A stretch of 32,000 nucleotides of DNA. Source: Psychrobacter sp. HD31 (GTDB lineage Bacteria; Pseudomonadota; Gammaproteobacteria; Pseudomonadales; Moraxellaceae). The DNA is taken from contig NZ_CP142525.1 in the NCBI RefSeq assembly GCF_051097895.1, forward strand, positions 1,200,001 through 1,232,000. Reading direction: 5' to 3'. Position numbers and translations under genes: made by a program. Below the pieces are notes generated by a model that saw only the letters and a program-made list of their open reading frames with translations, was not told the origin of the DNA and made no database searches. Shown piece after piece: positions 1-10,050 of this stretch; positions within the stretch are counted from its first letter, which is position 1; the number at the start of each line of letters is the position of its first letter.

Positions 1-156
1 TAATACTGAATTAAGATTAGATGCTGCTGATGTAGGCATATCGTCAAATATTACCGCTTTTTGTTCAATCTCATTTGTAACAAAGTTTGGAGTTTGACAA
101 GCAGATAAGCTGATTGCCACAAACATGGATACCACTAAATACTTCATTTGTTTCAT
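1..156 (-). CDS. Putative lipoprotein; only the N-terminal 52 codons are in the window and the gene runs off the left edge
   Basis: My own minus-strand translation from the ATG at 156 gives MKQMKYLVVSMFVAISLSAC QTPNF.... This is a signal peptide with an L-S-A-C lipobox. AAGG lies about 10 nt upstream. The frame is open to position 1. It is not in the ORF track because it is truncated. Confidence 0.45.
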   Translation of the reverse strand, partial: MKQMKYLVVSMFVAISLSACQTPNFVTNEIEQKAVIFDDMPTSAASNLNSVL

Positions 157-165
157 TGTTATACC

Positions 166-798
166 TTATGGCTTTTTCATGCCAAATTTTTCATTCATCC
201 TGCTATAAAACCTTGCCACACCGTCACTTTGTTCTGTTGGTTTTACTTTATGCACACGCCCAAAATCTAATGCAAGATACAACACAATGTCAGCAAAACT
301 AAGCGCATTATCTACCAAATAATCATGGTCTTTAAGAATCGCTTCAAAATATGGCAAGGCATCAACCGCTCTTTTTATCGACTTAGGCACAAACTCAGCC
401 ACTTGCTCAACACGATGAGCTTTTGATGGATGACCATGCTGAAAAGCCAGCATATAGGGATATAAAACTTCTAACTCGGCAGCTCGTCTCATGGCACAAA
501 CCTTAGCTCGATGCACGGCTCCCTGCCCCATAAGCGAGGTTTGTCCATAGGTTTTATCTAAATATTCACAAATGGCTTGCGAGTCATTAATAATAGTGCC
601 ATCTTCTAACGTTAAGACTGGCACAAGCTTTAATGGGTTAATCCTCGCAAACTCATCTGTGCTTTGCTCATCTTTGGCAAAATCTACTTCTATTATCTGT
701 AAATCATCTAAGTTATAAATATCCAAACCCTTGGCTTGCATTAACAAAATAGGTTTGCGTGGGTTTGGTGCATATTGATTAATATATAGTTTTTTCAT
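166..798 (-). CDS. Glutathione S-transferase family protein
   Basis: 210-aa ORF. The N-terminal thioredoxin-like GST fold is visible (INPLKLVPVLTLEDGTIINDSQAICEYL), followed by a helical C-terminal domain. Confidence 0.85.
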   Translation of the reverse strand: MKKLYINQYAPNPRKPILLMQAKGLDIYNLDDLQIIEVDFAKDEQSTDEFARINPLKLVPVLTLEDGTIINDSQAICEYLDKTYGQTSLMGQGAVHRAKVCAMRRAAELEVLYPYMLAFQHGHPSKAHRVEQVAEFVPKSIKRAVDALPYFEAILKDHDYLVDNALSFADIVLYLALDFGRVHKVKPTEQSDGVARFYSRMNEKFGMKKP

Positions 799-849
799 CG
801 TTAATTCCTTTTAACTTTGATTCATTAAATGTGATTCACCACTGGTTAA

Positions 850-1194
850 CTACATTGTTTTATTGCCATCAACAATATCCATACCTGCAGATTTAGCCCC
901 CCTTGTGCCCCCTGTAAGGATGACAATATCTCGGCTACTATCTAAATCTTCTAATGTGTTTGCAGCCCTTGGTGCTTTACTGCCACCACCACAAAGTACA
1001 TACACGGTGCCTTGTGCGTTGTCTAAAGCTTGTTTATCAATACCGGCATTGATTGGTTGGTTACTTGCGCCAGAAATGTGCCCCTCAATATAGGCAGACT
1101 CATCTCGTACATCCCAAATATTGGCATCTTCTAGGCTAACTTTTTTATCAGCCAGCTCTTTGGCAAGCTCGGTTACTGGTAGTTCTCTTATCAT
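850..1194 (-). CDS. Single-domain rhodanese-like sulfurtransferase
   Basis: 114-aa ORF with the rhodanese pattern WDVRDESAYIEGHISGA and an active-site loop CGGGSKA. Confidence 0.8.
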   Translation of the reverse strand: MIRELPVTELAKELADKKVSLEDANIWDVRDESAYIEGHISGASNQPINAGIDKQALDNAQGTVYVLCGGGSKAPRAANTLEDLDSSRDIVILTGGTRGAKSAGMDIVDGNKTM

Positions 1195-1334
1195 TTTTTA
1201 TCCTTTTAAATCATCACCCTTGCATAAAAACCCTTTATTGTTAAAGTCATAAGGGATGTTGGTTTTAGCAAGCGTAGTATTACTATTATTTATTTGGCAA
1301 ACCGCTCCGCACCCAACTGGTGGGCAGTAATCGC

Positions 1335-2441
1335 TTACAAGTTGGTAAGTGCACTCAACAAGCGTTCATTTTGCTTTGCTGTACCAATCGTAATACGTAA
1401 ATATTCATTGATTCTGGGCTTGTTAAAATAACGTACGATAATACCCTGCTCACGCAACACGCCTGCCACTTGTTCGGCATTGCCTTCACAAATATTGCTT
1501 GGCGGTTTAGCAAATATAAAGTTGGCATGGGAGTCTAACACCTCAAACCCCAAATGTTGGATACCGGCAGTTAACTCGTTGCGCAAATCAATCACTTGCT
1601 GACAAACTCCTTTAAAATAGGCGGTGTCTTCCAAACTTGCGACAGCGCCAGCTTGGGCTAAACGGTCAAGCGGATAGCTATTAAAGCTGTTTTTCATACG
1701 TGTTAACGCTTCAATTAAAGAAGGGTTAGCAAACGCCATACCCACTCGCAAGCCCGCCAAAGCACGAGACTTTGAGAATGTTTGAGTCACTAACAAATTG
1801 TCATATTTATCAATTAAACTCACAGCAGAAACAGGCTGACCATCACTACTCACGGCAAAATCAATGTAGGCTTCGTCAATAACCACCACAGAGTTTGAGT
1901 GCTCCGAACATAGTTTTTCTACAACTGCTAATGACATCAACATGCCTGTTGGTGCATTAGGATTAGCAATAATGATACCCCCGCTTGGCTGTCGATAGTC
2001 ATCTGGATCAATACCAAAGTCTGCCAGTAGTGGGATTCGTACCAAATCTATCCCAAAGGTATCTGCATAAACAGGATAAAAACTGTAGCCAATATCTGGG
2101 GTCAGTAACGGACGCTCTTTCATAAAAAAGCACGCAAAAACCAGTGCCAACACTTCATCCGAACCATTACCAACAAAAACTTGATTTGTTTGTACACCAT
2201 ACGTCGTTGCCAATGTTTGGCGAAGTGTATCTGATTCTGGCTCTGGATACAGACGCAAAGCATGCGCTTGATCGTTTAGTACATTGGCAATTGCCTCGGC
2301 AACTTTTGGCGAAGGCGGAAACGGGCTTTCATTGGTATTAAGTTTACACAAATTATCGTGCTTTGGTTGCTCGCCAGGGACATAAGGCGATAAGTTACGG
2401 GCTTTACTTGACCATAAACGGTCATCTATTTTAATTGTCAT
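1335..2441 (-). CDS. hisC: Histidinol-phosphate aminotransferase
   Basis: 368 aa. Contains LNTNESPFPPSP and the PLP-lysine motif TFSKSRALAGLRVG typical of HisC. It sits in his-gene context. Confidence 0.95.
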   Translation of the reverse strand: MTIKIDDRLWSSKARNLSPYVPGEQPKHDNLCKLNTNESPFPPSPKVAEAIANVLNDQAHALRLYPEPESDTLRQTLATTYGVQTNQVFVGNGSDEVLALVFACFFMKERPLLTPDIGYSFYPVYADTFGIDLVRIPLLADFGIDPDDYRQPSGGIIIANPNAPTGMLMSLAVVEKLCSEHSNSVVVIDEAYIDFAVSSDGQPVSAVSLIDKYDNLLVTQTFSKSRALAGLRVGMAFANPSLIEALTRMKNSFNSYPLDRLAQAGAVASLEDTAYFKGVCQQVIDLRNELTAGIQHLGFEVLDSHANFIFAKPPSNICEGNAEQVAGVLREQGIIVRYFNKPRINEYLRITIGTAKQNERLLSALTNL

Positions 2442-2651
2442 ATTTTTTCTCTAAAATTTAATTGATTGATAATTTCTTATTACTTGTTTTAATTCTGCTT
2501 CACATTCTGATAGAACTTTTATAAACTGCTGATAATTGACGTAAAACTTATTCCTTTCAGACTCGATAGTCTTCTCTAAAGAATACTAACGACAGGTCTA
2601 AATCATCTGTGATGGCTAATAAGCAAACAATCTGATTATTAGTTGCCTAAT

Positions 2652-3944
2652 TTAAGTTCGATATCTTGCCGATAACGCATGCGCCATTAAGTCCTCTTTT
2701 TGGGCAAGCTTATCTGCAACTTTAGCAAGGGGTTTGCTGCCCTCTGGCGAGCAATAAATTAACGAAGATTTTTTCTGAAAATCATAAACCCCAAGCGGTG
2801 ATGAGAACCTCGCCGTGCCTGACGTTGGCAGCACATGGTTAGGACCTGCACAATAATCACCAATTGCCTCAGGGGTATGACGCCCCATAAAAATTGCCCC
2901 CGCATGGCGGATATCTTCTAACAATGCTTCTGGCTCATCTACCGACAACTCTAAGTGCTCAGGCGCAATGCGGTTAATCATAGCCATGCCTTCAGCACGG
3001 TTTTTTACTAAAATTAATGCCCCACGGTTGGCAATCGACTCACCAGCAATATCTTTTTTAGGCAACTGGGCAAGTGCTTTGTTAATCTCTGTTTCTACTT
3101 GTTTAAGTTGCTCTGCCGATGTGGTTACAAAAATCGCTTGTGCGACTGTGTCATGTTCTGCTTGTGACAATAAATCCATCGCAAGCCAATCTGCACGGTC
3201 ATTATCTTGCCCTTCGGCATATACAAGCACTTCTGAAGGTCCAGCAATCATATCAATGCCAACTTGTCCAAACACTGCTCTTTTAGCAGCTGCCACAAAC
3301 TTGTTGCCTGGTCCTGTAATTTTATCTACTTGTGGGATGCTATCCGTACCATAAGCCAACGCTGCTACGGCTTGGGCACCGCCAATCGTAATAACTTTAT
3401 CCACCTCTGCAAGGTAAGCTGCGGCAAGTACCAACGGATTAAGCACACCTTTTGGTGCCGGCACCACCATAATCACTTGCTCAACCCCAGCTACTTTAGC
3501 AGGTATGGCATTCATCAATACCGATGAAGGATACGATGCCAACCCACCTGGCACATAAATACCCACTTTATCAAGTGCCGTTACTTTTTGCCCTAAAGTG
3601 TTACCCAACTCATCTTGGTAAGTCCAAGATGCTTGTAGCTGATGCTCATGAAATGATTTAACGCGTTCTGCTGCTGTGGTTAACGCTTGTTTAACGCCGT
3701 CATCAAGCGCATCAAAAGCCTGTTTAAGTTCAGTTTGGCTTAGATGCAGCTCATCCATGCTTGTTGCTGGATGCTGATCAAACTTTTGCGTCAATTCTAG
3801 TACGGTTTTATCGCCATTGGCACGCACTTGCGCAATAATGTCATCAACGGTTGTCAACAACTGTGGGTCATTGACGGTTTCAAAAGCAAGTAAGTCTGTT
3901 AACTGCTCATTAAAATTAGCATCTGCTGAGTTTAAACAACGCAT
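2652..3944 (-). CDS. hisD: Histidinol dehydrogenase
   Basis: 430 aa with full-length HisD-like sequence (QAEHD, GDYCAGPNHVLPTSGTARFSSPLGV). It lies between hisG and hisC. Confidence 0.95.
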   Translation of the reverse strand: MRCLNSADANFNEQLTDLLAFETVNDPQLLTTVDDIIAQVRANGDKTVLELTQKFDQHPATSMDELHLSQTELKQAFDALDDGVKQALTTAAERVKSFHEHQLQASWTYQDELGNTLGQKVTALDKVGIYVPGGLASYPSSVLMNAIPAKVAGVEQVIMVVPAPKGVLNPLVLAAAYLAEVDKVITIGGAQAVAALAYGTDSIPQVDKITGPGNKFVAAAKRAVFGQVGIDMIAGPSEVLVYAEGQDNDRADWLAMDLLSQAEHDTVAQAIFVTTSAEQLKQVETEINKALAQLPKKDIAGESIANRGALILVKNRAEGMAMINRIAPEHLELSVDEPEALLEDIRHAGAIFMGRHTPEAIGDYCAGPNHVLPTSGTARFSSPLGVYDFQKKSSLIYCSPEGSKPLAKVADKLAQKEDLMAHALSARYRT

Positions 3945-3970
3945 ATATCATCCTATGCAAAGATCTACAA

Positions 3971-4000
3971 AATAAAAACCAGTTTAGCATACTAAACTGG
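3971..4000 (-). terminator. Terminator-like hairpin between hisG and hisD; a possible partial terminator or attenuator
   Basis: The minus-strand RNA reads ccagtttag-tatg-ctaaactgg followed by tttttatt. That is a perfect 9-bp stem, a 4-nt loop and a T-run. The stem is AT-rich, so the structure is weak. Confidence 0.35.
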
Positions 4001-4041
4001 CATAAAAAATTTAAAAAAATGATGGGTCAGATTAACGAAAC

Positions 4042-4704
4042 TTAACCAGCCACACTTTGTTTAAAAGAGTCTAAAATTGGCTCAAGCAATGCAAACTTGC
4101 GTTTGTAGCTTGCTTGGTTAACAATCAAACGAGACGACACTTCACAAATGTGTTCTAAAGGTTCAAGCCCGTTCGCTCGTAACGTGTTGCCAGTGTCTAC
4201 CACATCCACAATCAAGTCACCCAAACCAACTAAAGGCGCAAGCTCCATCGCACCATACAGTTTAATAATATCAACTTGTTGACCACGGCTTGCAAAATAC
4301 GCACGTGCCACATTCACGTATTTGGTAGCAATACGCAAGCGACGGTTTGGTAGCTCGGCATTCTTAATGCCCGCTGTCATAAGCTTACATTTAGCAATTT
4401 GTAAATCTAGTAGCTCATAAACATGTTTTGCACCATGCTCTAGTAGCACATCTTTACCAGCAACACCAACGTCTGCTGCGCCATGCTCAACATAAGTTGG
4501 TACATCACTGGCACGCAAAATAAGCACACGCACATCTGGGTTAGTCGTTGGGAAGATCAACTTACGAGATTCTTTTGGATCTTCTAATAATTCGATACCC
4601 GCATTTTTCAGCAATGGCAAAGTTTCTTTTAAAATTCGCCCTTTTGACAAGGCAAGCGTTAAACCATCAAAGTCGCTATCTGCTTGATTAATGAGTTCAG
4701 TCAT
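4042..4704 (-). CDS. hisG: ATP phosphoribosyltransferase, short form
   Basis: 220 aa with [18 protein letters not shown] and a short HisG(S)-type length. In characterised systems this form works with HisZ, which is not in this window. Confidence 0.93.
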   Translation of the reverse strand: MTELINQADSDFDGLTLALSKGRILKETLPLLKNAGIELLEDPKESRKLIFPTTNPDVRVLILRASDVPTYVEHGAADVGVAGKDVLLEHGAKHVYELLDLQIAKCKLMTAGIKNAELPNRRLRIATKYVNVARAYFASRGQQVDIIKLYGAMELAPLVGLGDLIVDVVDTGNTLRANGLEPLEHICEVSSRLIVNQASYKRKFALLEPILDSFKQSVAG

Positions 4705-4858
4705 AATTATTTGGTCTTATAATATTTTTTAATAACCGAAGCCAATCACTTGCTTGTTGCAATTGACTCGCTTTGGTTGTTTGATACTTTAGTTGTTTCG
4801 GTTGCTGATTATTACATCGCCTGATTATTGCATCACTTAGTATAACAGCGTTATTTTC

Positions 4859-6169
<1,311 letters not shown>

Positions 6170-6260
6170 TTAACTATAATATCTTACCATGTAAAAACTG
6201 CTATTTTTCCCTATGTAAAGAGACTTTGGCTGTGTTTTTACCGCTATTTTTTATGATACA

Positions 6261-6503
6261 TTAACCTTGTTTTGCTTCCCACTCTGCTGGGGTTAAAGCT
6301 TGGATATTTAAGGCATGTATGGTGCCGTCAGAAATTAACTGATTTGCCAAACCAAGTACCGCCTGCTGACGCTGTACAGGGCGTTTGCCTTCAAAGCTTG
6401 CATCCACAACTCTTACGTCAAACTTGTTGCCTTCGTTTGCTGCTTGGATAAACGCATCTGGAAAGTGCGGTTGTAAAAATTCGATAAATTGATCTGCATT
6501 CAT
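6261..6503 (-). CDS. ibaG: BolA-family protein (IbaG/YrbA-like)
   Basis: 80 aa, with a BolA-like C-terminal IHALNIQALTPAEW. It is immediately upstream of murA, as in other gammaproteobacteria. Confidence 0.8.
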   Translation of the reverse strand: MNADQFIEFLQPHFPDAFIQAANEGNKFDVRVVDASFEGKRPVQRQQAVLGLANQLISDGTIHALNIQALTPAEWEAKQG

Positions 6504-6634
6504 TTAATAAAAGCCTTAAAAAAATAAAATTTATTATAACAGCAGTACGGTGGGTTTAAAATGGTTTGCATGAATAAGTTGATTGTTTATACCTTTTGAT
6601 AAAATTTTTCTATCAAACTCATCATAAGTTAGTC

Positions 6635-7051
6635 TCAAACTTCAAAAAAAGCCCCTTGAATCCATTTAGGCGGATTATCCAAACCATCAAAGCAAACCAC
6701 ATCAAAACGGCATTCATAATTTGCATATGCTGGATTTGCTTGCAAAAAATGCTGGGCAGCATCAATCACCTTTTTCTGCTTGGCTGGGGTTATGCTGTCA
6801 ACCGCCGTGCCATACTGCCCATTTTTAGCTGTGCGTCGCCCTTTTACCTCAACAAAAACAAGCGTATCCCATGCATTGCCCTTTTGTATCATAACTAAAT
6901 CAAGCTCACCCACTTTAGGCTGTAACCAATTTTGAGCAATTAAAACAAGTCCTTGATTTTTTAAATATTGACAGGCAAGCGCTTCATAATGTTTACCGAT
7001 TTTTTGGTGAGGGGCGTTAAGCGTGAGTTTTGGCTGTTTGGATTGAGTCAT
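6635..7051 (-). CDS. yraN: YraN-family (UPF0102) PD-(D/E)xK-like putative endonuclease
   Basis: 138 aa with the motifs GELDLVM ... FVEVKGRR typical of the YraN family. Confidence 0.8.
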   Translation of the reverse strand: MTQSKQPKLTLNAPHQKIGKHYEALACQYLKNQGLVLIAQNWLQPKVGELDLVMIQKGNAWDTLVFVEVKGRRTAKNGQYGTAVDSITPAKQKKVIDAAQHFLQANPAYANYECRFDVVCFDGLDNPPKWIQGAFFEV

Positions 7052-7151
7052 TCATTAATCATATCACAAACATGTTAAACTATCGTTTTGATAGCCTAAT
7101 AAACTTACTGATAACAAATACAATTAAGGCAACTTAATTTATATCGCTTCG

Positions 7152-7183
7152 GTTTAGCGTCTATTTAGTTTAGCGTCTATTCA
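7152..7183. repeat. Tandem 16-bp direct repeat in the divergent yraN/rsmI intergenic region
   Basis: gtttagcgtctattta (7152-7167) is followed directly by gtttagcgtctattca (7168-7183), matching 15 of 16 positions. A second short direct repeat, agtattgaaa, occurs at 7183-7192 and 7207-7216. Confidence 0.6.
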
Positions 7184-7363
7184 GTATTGAAATTAGCATT
7201 AAAGTTAGTATTGAAACGTTACAAAAATCAAAGTGACAACAAAAAAGTAGCAAGAACAAAAAGTCACTAGGTTTAAGCCGTGCAACACTATATTTAATGT
7301 AGCAAGTTTATATTGATATCACTCTATTTATTGATTATGCCCCTTGGCTTTGTTGGATTTTTT

Positions 7364-8227
7364 ATGACCATGAACACCGCACAAAACAACAATTTTGGTA
7401 CGCTATCCATTGTTGCCACCCCTATTGGCAACCTTGATGACATAACCACCAGAGCAATAGACGCTTTAAAAACTGCCGATATCATTGCTTGCGAAGACAC
7501 ACGCACCTCTGGCAAGCTGCTTAATCATTTTAATATTGACACCACAACTTGGGCATATCACGAGCACAATGCAGATGTACAAACCGCCAAATTTATTGAG
7601 CTGCTACAACAAGGCAAAAACATTGCATTAATTAGCGATGCAGGCACGCCATTGGTAAGCGACCCTGGCTATCAGCTTGTATTAGCTTGTCATGAGGCAA
7701 ACATAAAAACCGTACCTGTGGTTGGCGCATCGGCAGCTATTGGGGCTTTGTCTGTGGCTGGTTTACCATCGGACAAATTTAGCTTTTTAGGGTTTTTACC
7801 TGCCAAGCAATCAGGGCGACTAAAACAGCTAGAAACACATGCCAACCGTAACGAAACCATGATTTTTTACGAAGCCCCTCACCGCATTATCCCTTGTTTA
7901 AAAGACATGTCCGCCATATTTGGACTAAATAGAGAAATCACTTATTGCCGCGAGCTTACCAAAACATTTGAAACCGTTTATAAAACCTCATTGGGTGAGT
8001 TGATAGATTTTGTTAGCAATGATTCAAACCAACAAAAAGGCGAAATTGTGCTGGTTGTTGCTGGCAAACCTAATAATGAAAATGAAGACATTGCCCAACA
8101 TGATACCTTGTTGTTACGTTTGCTTGATGATTTATCGGTCAAAAAAGCAGCGGCATTGGCAAGTGACATCACAGGGATGAAAAAGAATGCCTTGTATCAG
8201 CGTTTATTGACATTACAAAAATCTTAA
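7364..8227 (+). CDS. rsmI: 16S rRNA (cytidine1402-2'-O)-methyltransferase
   Basis: Contains LSIVATPIGNLDDITTRAIDALKTADIIACEDTR, the tetrapyrrole-methylase-fold RsmI signature. The ORF-track start at 7313 is a TTG, so I prefer the ATG at 7364 (MTMNTAQ...). Confidence 0.9.
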   Translation: MTMNTAQNNNFGTLSIVATPIGNLDDITTRAIDALKTADIIACEDTRTSGKLLNHFNIDTTTWAYHEHNADVQTAKFIELLQQGKNIALISDAGTPLVSDPGYQLVLACHEANIKTVPVVGASAAIGALSVAGLPSDKFSFLGFLPAKQSGRLKQLETHANRNETMIFYEAPHRIIPCLKDMSAIFGLNREITYCRELTKTFETVYKTSLGELIDFVSNDSNQQKGEIVLVVAGKPNNENEDIAQHDTLLLRLLDDLSVKKAAALASDITGMKKNALYQRLLTLQKS

Positions 8228-8304
8228 CCGTTTTACACAAGCAGATATAACCAAATTTTTGTGTGTTATTAACTTGCCACATCATCACAACACATCTCTC
8301 GCCC

Positions 8305-8321
8305 AGCTATTTTAAATAGCT
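8305..8321. promoter_or_regulatory. 17-bp palindrome upstream of betB; candidate operator, or a weak rsmI terminator
   Basis: agctattt-t-aaatagct has perfect 8-bp arms around 1 nt. It lies between the rsmI stop and the betB start. Confidence 0.3.
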
Positions 8322-8446
8322 TCAACTCGCCTTTCTTATTTGTTTTTAATTTTTATGTTTAAATTTAAAGTGGATTAAGAAAGGCTAACAAAAAATATCA
8401 ACACACAGCCAAATACGACCAAGTCATCAAGCAAGGTACCACCTTA

Positions 8447-8455
8447 TGTTACAAT
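8447..8455 (+). promoter_or_regulatory. Putative extended -10 promoter element for betB
   Basis: tgttacaat follows the TGnTAnAAT pattern about 38 nt upstream of the betB ATG. An RBS, aggaagg, lies at about 8482-8488. There is no clear -35 element. Confidence 0.3.
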
Positions 8456-8492
8456 GGTCACTATTAAAATAAAACAATATTAGGAAGGCTTC

Positions 8493-10007
8493 ATGTCCAC
8501 GCTTAACACGACCCTAAACACCACCGACTTCACTCAAACTCAAACGGCTTACATCAATGGTCAATACCTGCCCATCGACCCATCGCTAGAAACATTTGAC
8601 ACCATTAACCCTGCCACAGGAGAGGTGCTTGCCACCGTTCAACAAACCACCACAGAGCAAATAGACCAAGCGGTACAATCTGCCATAGCAGGGCAAAAAG
8701 TGTGGGCAAGTATGTTGCCTGTGGAACGCACTCGTATCCTACTAAAAGCGGTAGAGCTACTCCGTGGTTACAACGATGAGCTGGCATTACTAGAAAGCAA
8801 AGACACTGGCAAAGGCTTATCAGAAACCCTGTATGTGGATATTGTCACAGGGGCGGATGTGATTGAATATTATGCAGGGCTGGCACCGTCTATCGAAGGT
8901 CGCCAAATCCCATTGCGTGACACCAGTTTTGTTTATACCCGTGAAGAGCCTCTAGGTGTGGTTGCTGGCATTGGGGCATGGAACTATCCAATCCAAATCG
9001 CCATGTGGAAGTCTGCACCAGCACTTGCAGCTGGTAATGCAATGATATTTAAACCATCAGAAGTAACGCCATTGACCGCATTAAAACTTGCCGAAGTGTT
9101 TACTCAAGCAGGCTTGCCAGATGGCGTATTTAATGTGGTGCAAGGTGATTACCGTGTGGGTCAAGCCATCAGCGAGCATCCAGACATTGCCAAAGTATCC
9201 TTTACGGGCAGTGTGCCAACGGGTAAAAAAGTGATGGCAAGCTCGGCAGAATCTTCGCTTAAAGATGTGACCATGGAGCTGGGCGGAAAATCACCCCTGA
9301 TTATTTTTGATGATGCAGACCTTGATACCGCCGCTGACATTGCCATGATGGCAAACTTTTACAGCACAGGTCAGGTTTGTACCAATGGCACAAGGGTATT
9401 TATCCACAAGTCGATGCAAGCAGAGTTTGAGCAAGCCATTACCCAGCGTGTTAATCGTATTAAGGTTGGTAACCCACTAGATGAAACTACCAATATGGGA
9501 CCATTGGTCAGCTTCCCTCATATGGATAAGGTGCTTGATTATATTGAGCAGGGTAAAAACAGTGCTGCCAAACTATTGGCAGGTGGAGAACGCTTACAAG
9601 GCGAGTTAAATGGATTTGACGTAAGTAAAGGGGCGTTTGTTGCGCCAACGGTGTTTAGTGACTGCACCGATGAAATGAGCATCGTGACAGATGAGATTTT
9701 TGGTCCTGTGATGTCTATTTTAACCTATGAAACTGAGGAAGAAGTGATACAGCGTGCCAATGCCACTGAGTACGGCTTAGGCGCTGGCGTGGTCACTAAA
9801 GACTTAAAACGTGCCCACCGTGTGATTGGGCAGATTGAGGCTGGGATTTGCTGGTTAAATACGTGGGGCGAGTCGCCTGCTCAAATGCCTGTGGGTGGCT
9901 ATAAGCATTCTGGTGTGGGGCGTGAAAATGGCTTGCAAACGCTTAAACATTATACGCAGACTAAGTCAGTTCAGGTTGAGTTAGGTGGGTTTGAGTCGGT
10001 TTTTTGA
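8493..10007 (+). CDS. betB: Betaine aldehyde dehydrogenase
   Basis: 504 aa. The ALDH catalytic motifs ELGGKSP and [15 protein letters not shown] are present, and the protein resembles BetB end to end, including an intact C-terminus. Confidence 0.95.
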   Translation: MSTLNTTLNTTDFTQTQTAYINGQYLPIDPSLETFDTINPATGEVLATVQQTTTEQIDQAVQSAIAGQKVWASMLPVERTRILLKAVELLRGYNDELALLESKDTGKGLSETLYVDIVTGADVIEYYAGLAPSIEGRQIPLRDTSFVYTREEPLGVVAGIGAWNYPIQIAMWKSAPALAAGNAMIFKPSEVTPLTALKLAEVFTQAGLPDGVFNVVQGDYRVGQAISEHPDIAKVSFTGSVPTGKKVMASSAESSLKDVTMELGGKSPLIIFDDADLDTAADIAMMANFYSTGQVCTNGTRVFIHKSMQAEFEQAITQRVNRIKVGNPLDETTNMGPLVSFPHMDKVLDYIEQGKNSAAKLLAGGERLQGELNGFDVSKGAFVAPTVFSDCTDEMSIVTDEIFGPVMSILTYETEEEVIQRANATEYGLGAGVVTKDLKRAHRVIGQIEAGICWLNTWGESPAQMPVGGYKHSGVGRENGLQTLKHYTQTKSVQVELGGFESVF

Positions 10008-10050
10008 TTTAAAATAAATAGATATTCATATAGATAACTGGAGAGAAATT

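Noticed and set aside
1231-1255. There is a possible terminator hairpin after hisC, ccctt...aaggg followed by a T-run on the minus strand.
   Set aside because: Only 5 bp pair cleanly, and the loop is about 15 nt. This is too weak to report as a feature.
4805-4829. The 9-mer ctgattatt occurs twice, 16 bp apart, just downstream of murA and again downstream of hisD (2632-2640). This suggested a recurring post-stop motif.
   Set aside because: The same 9-mer also occurs inside the betB coding sequence (9297-9305). Recurrence in this AT-rich sequence is therefore compatible with chance, so I kept it only as a note.
4705-4858. I looked for a his-operon leader peptide or attenuator, meaning a run of His codons, upstream of hisG.
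   Set aside because: Minus-strand reading of the 154-bp region shows no small ORF with consecutive His codons and no obvious alternative hairpins.
7313-7363. Several ORF-track entries have upstream-extended starts: rsmI at TTG 7313, betT at TTG 14143, the symporter at 19646, and the OYE reductase at 22460.
   Set aside because: In each case an internal ATG with a better Shine-Dalgarno sequence coincides with the start of family-conserved sequence. The OYE extension would also overlap pdxJ.
10008-10050. I searched the cassette junctions (10008-10050 and 12248-12285) for target-site duplications, terminal inverted repeats or att-like sites.
   Set aside because: Only trivial A/T-rich similarity (taaaa) is shared, and nothing supports a defined mobile-element end. 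A ttgatt...catata promoter-like match overlapping the betB stop is too weak to call.
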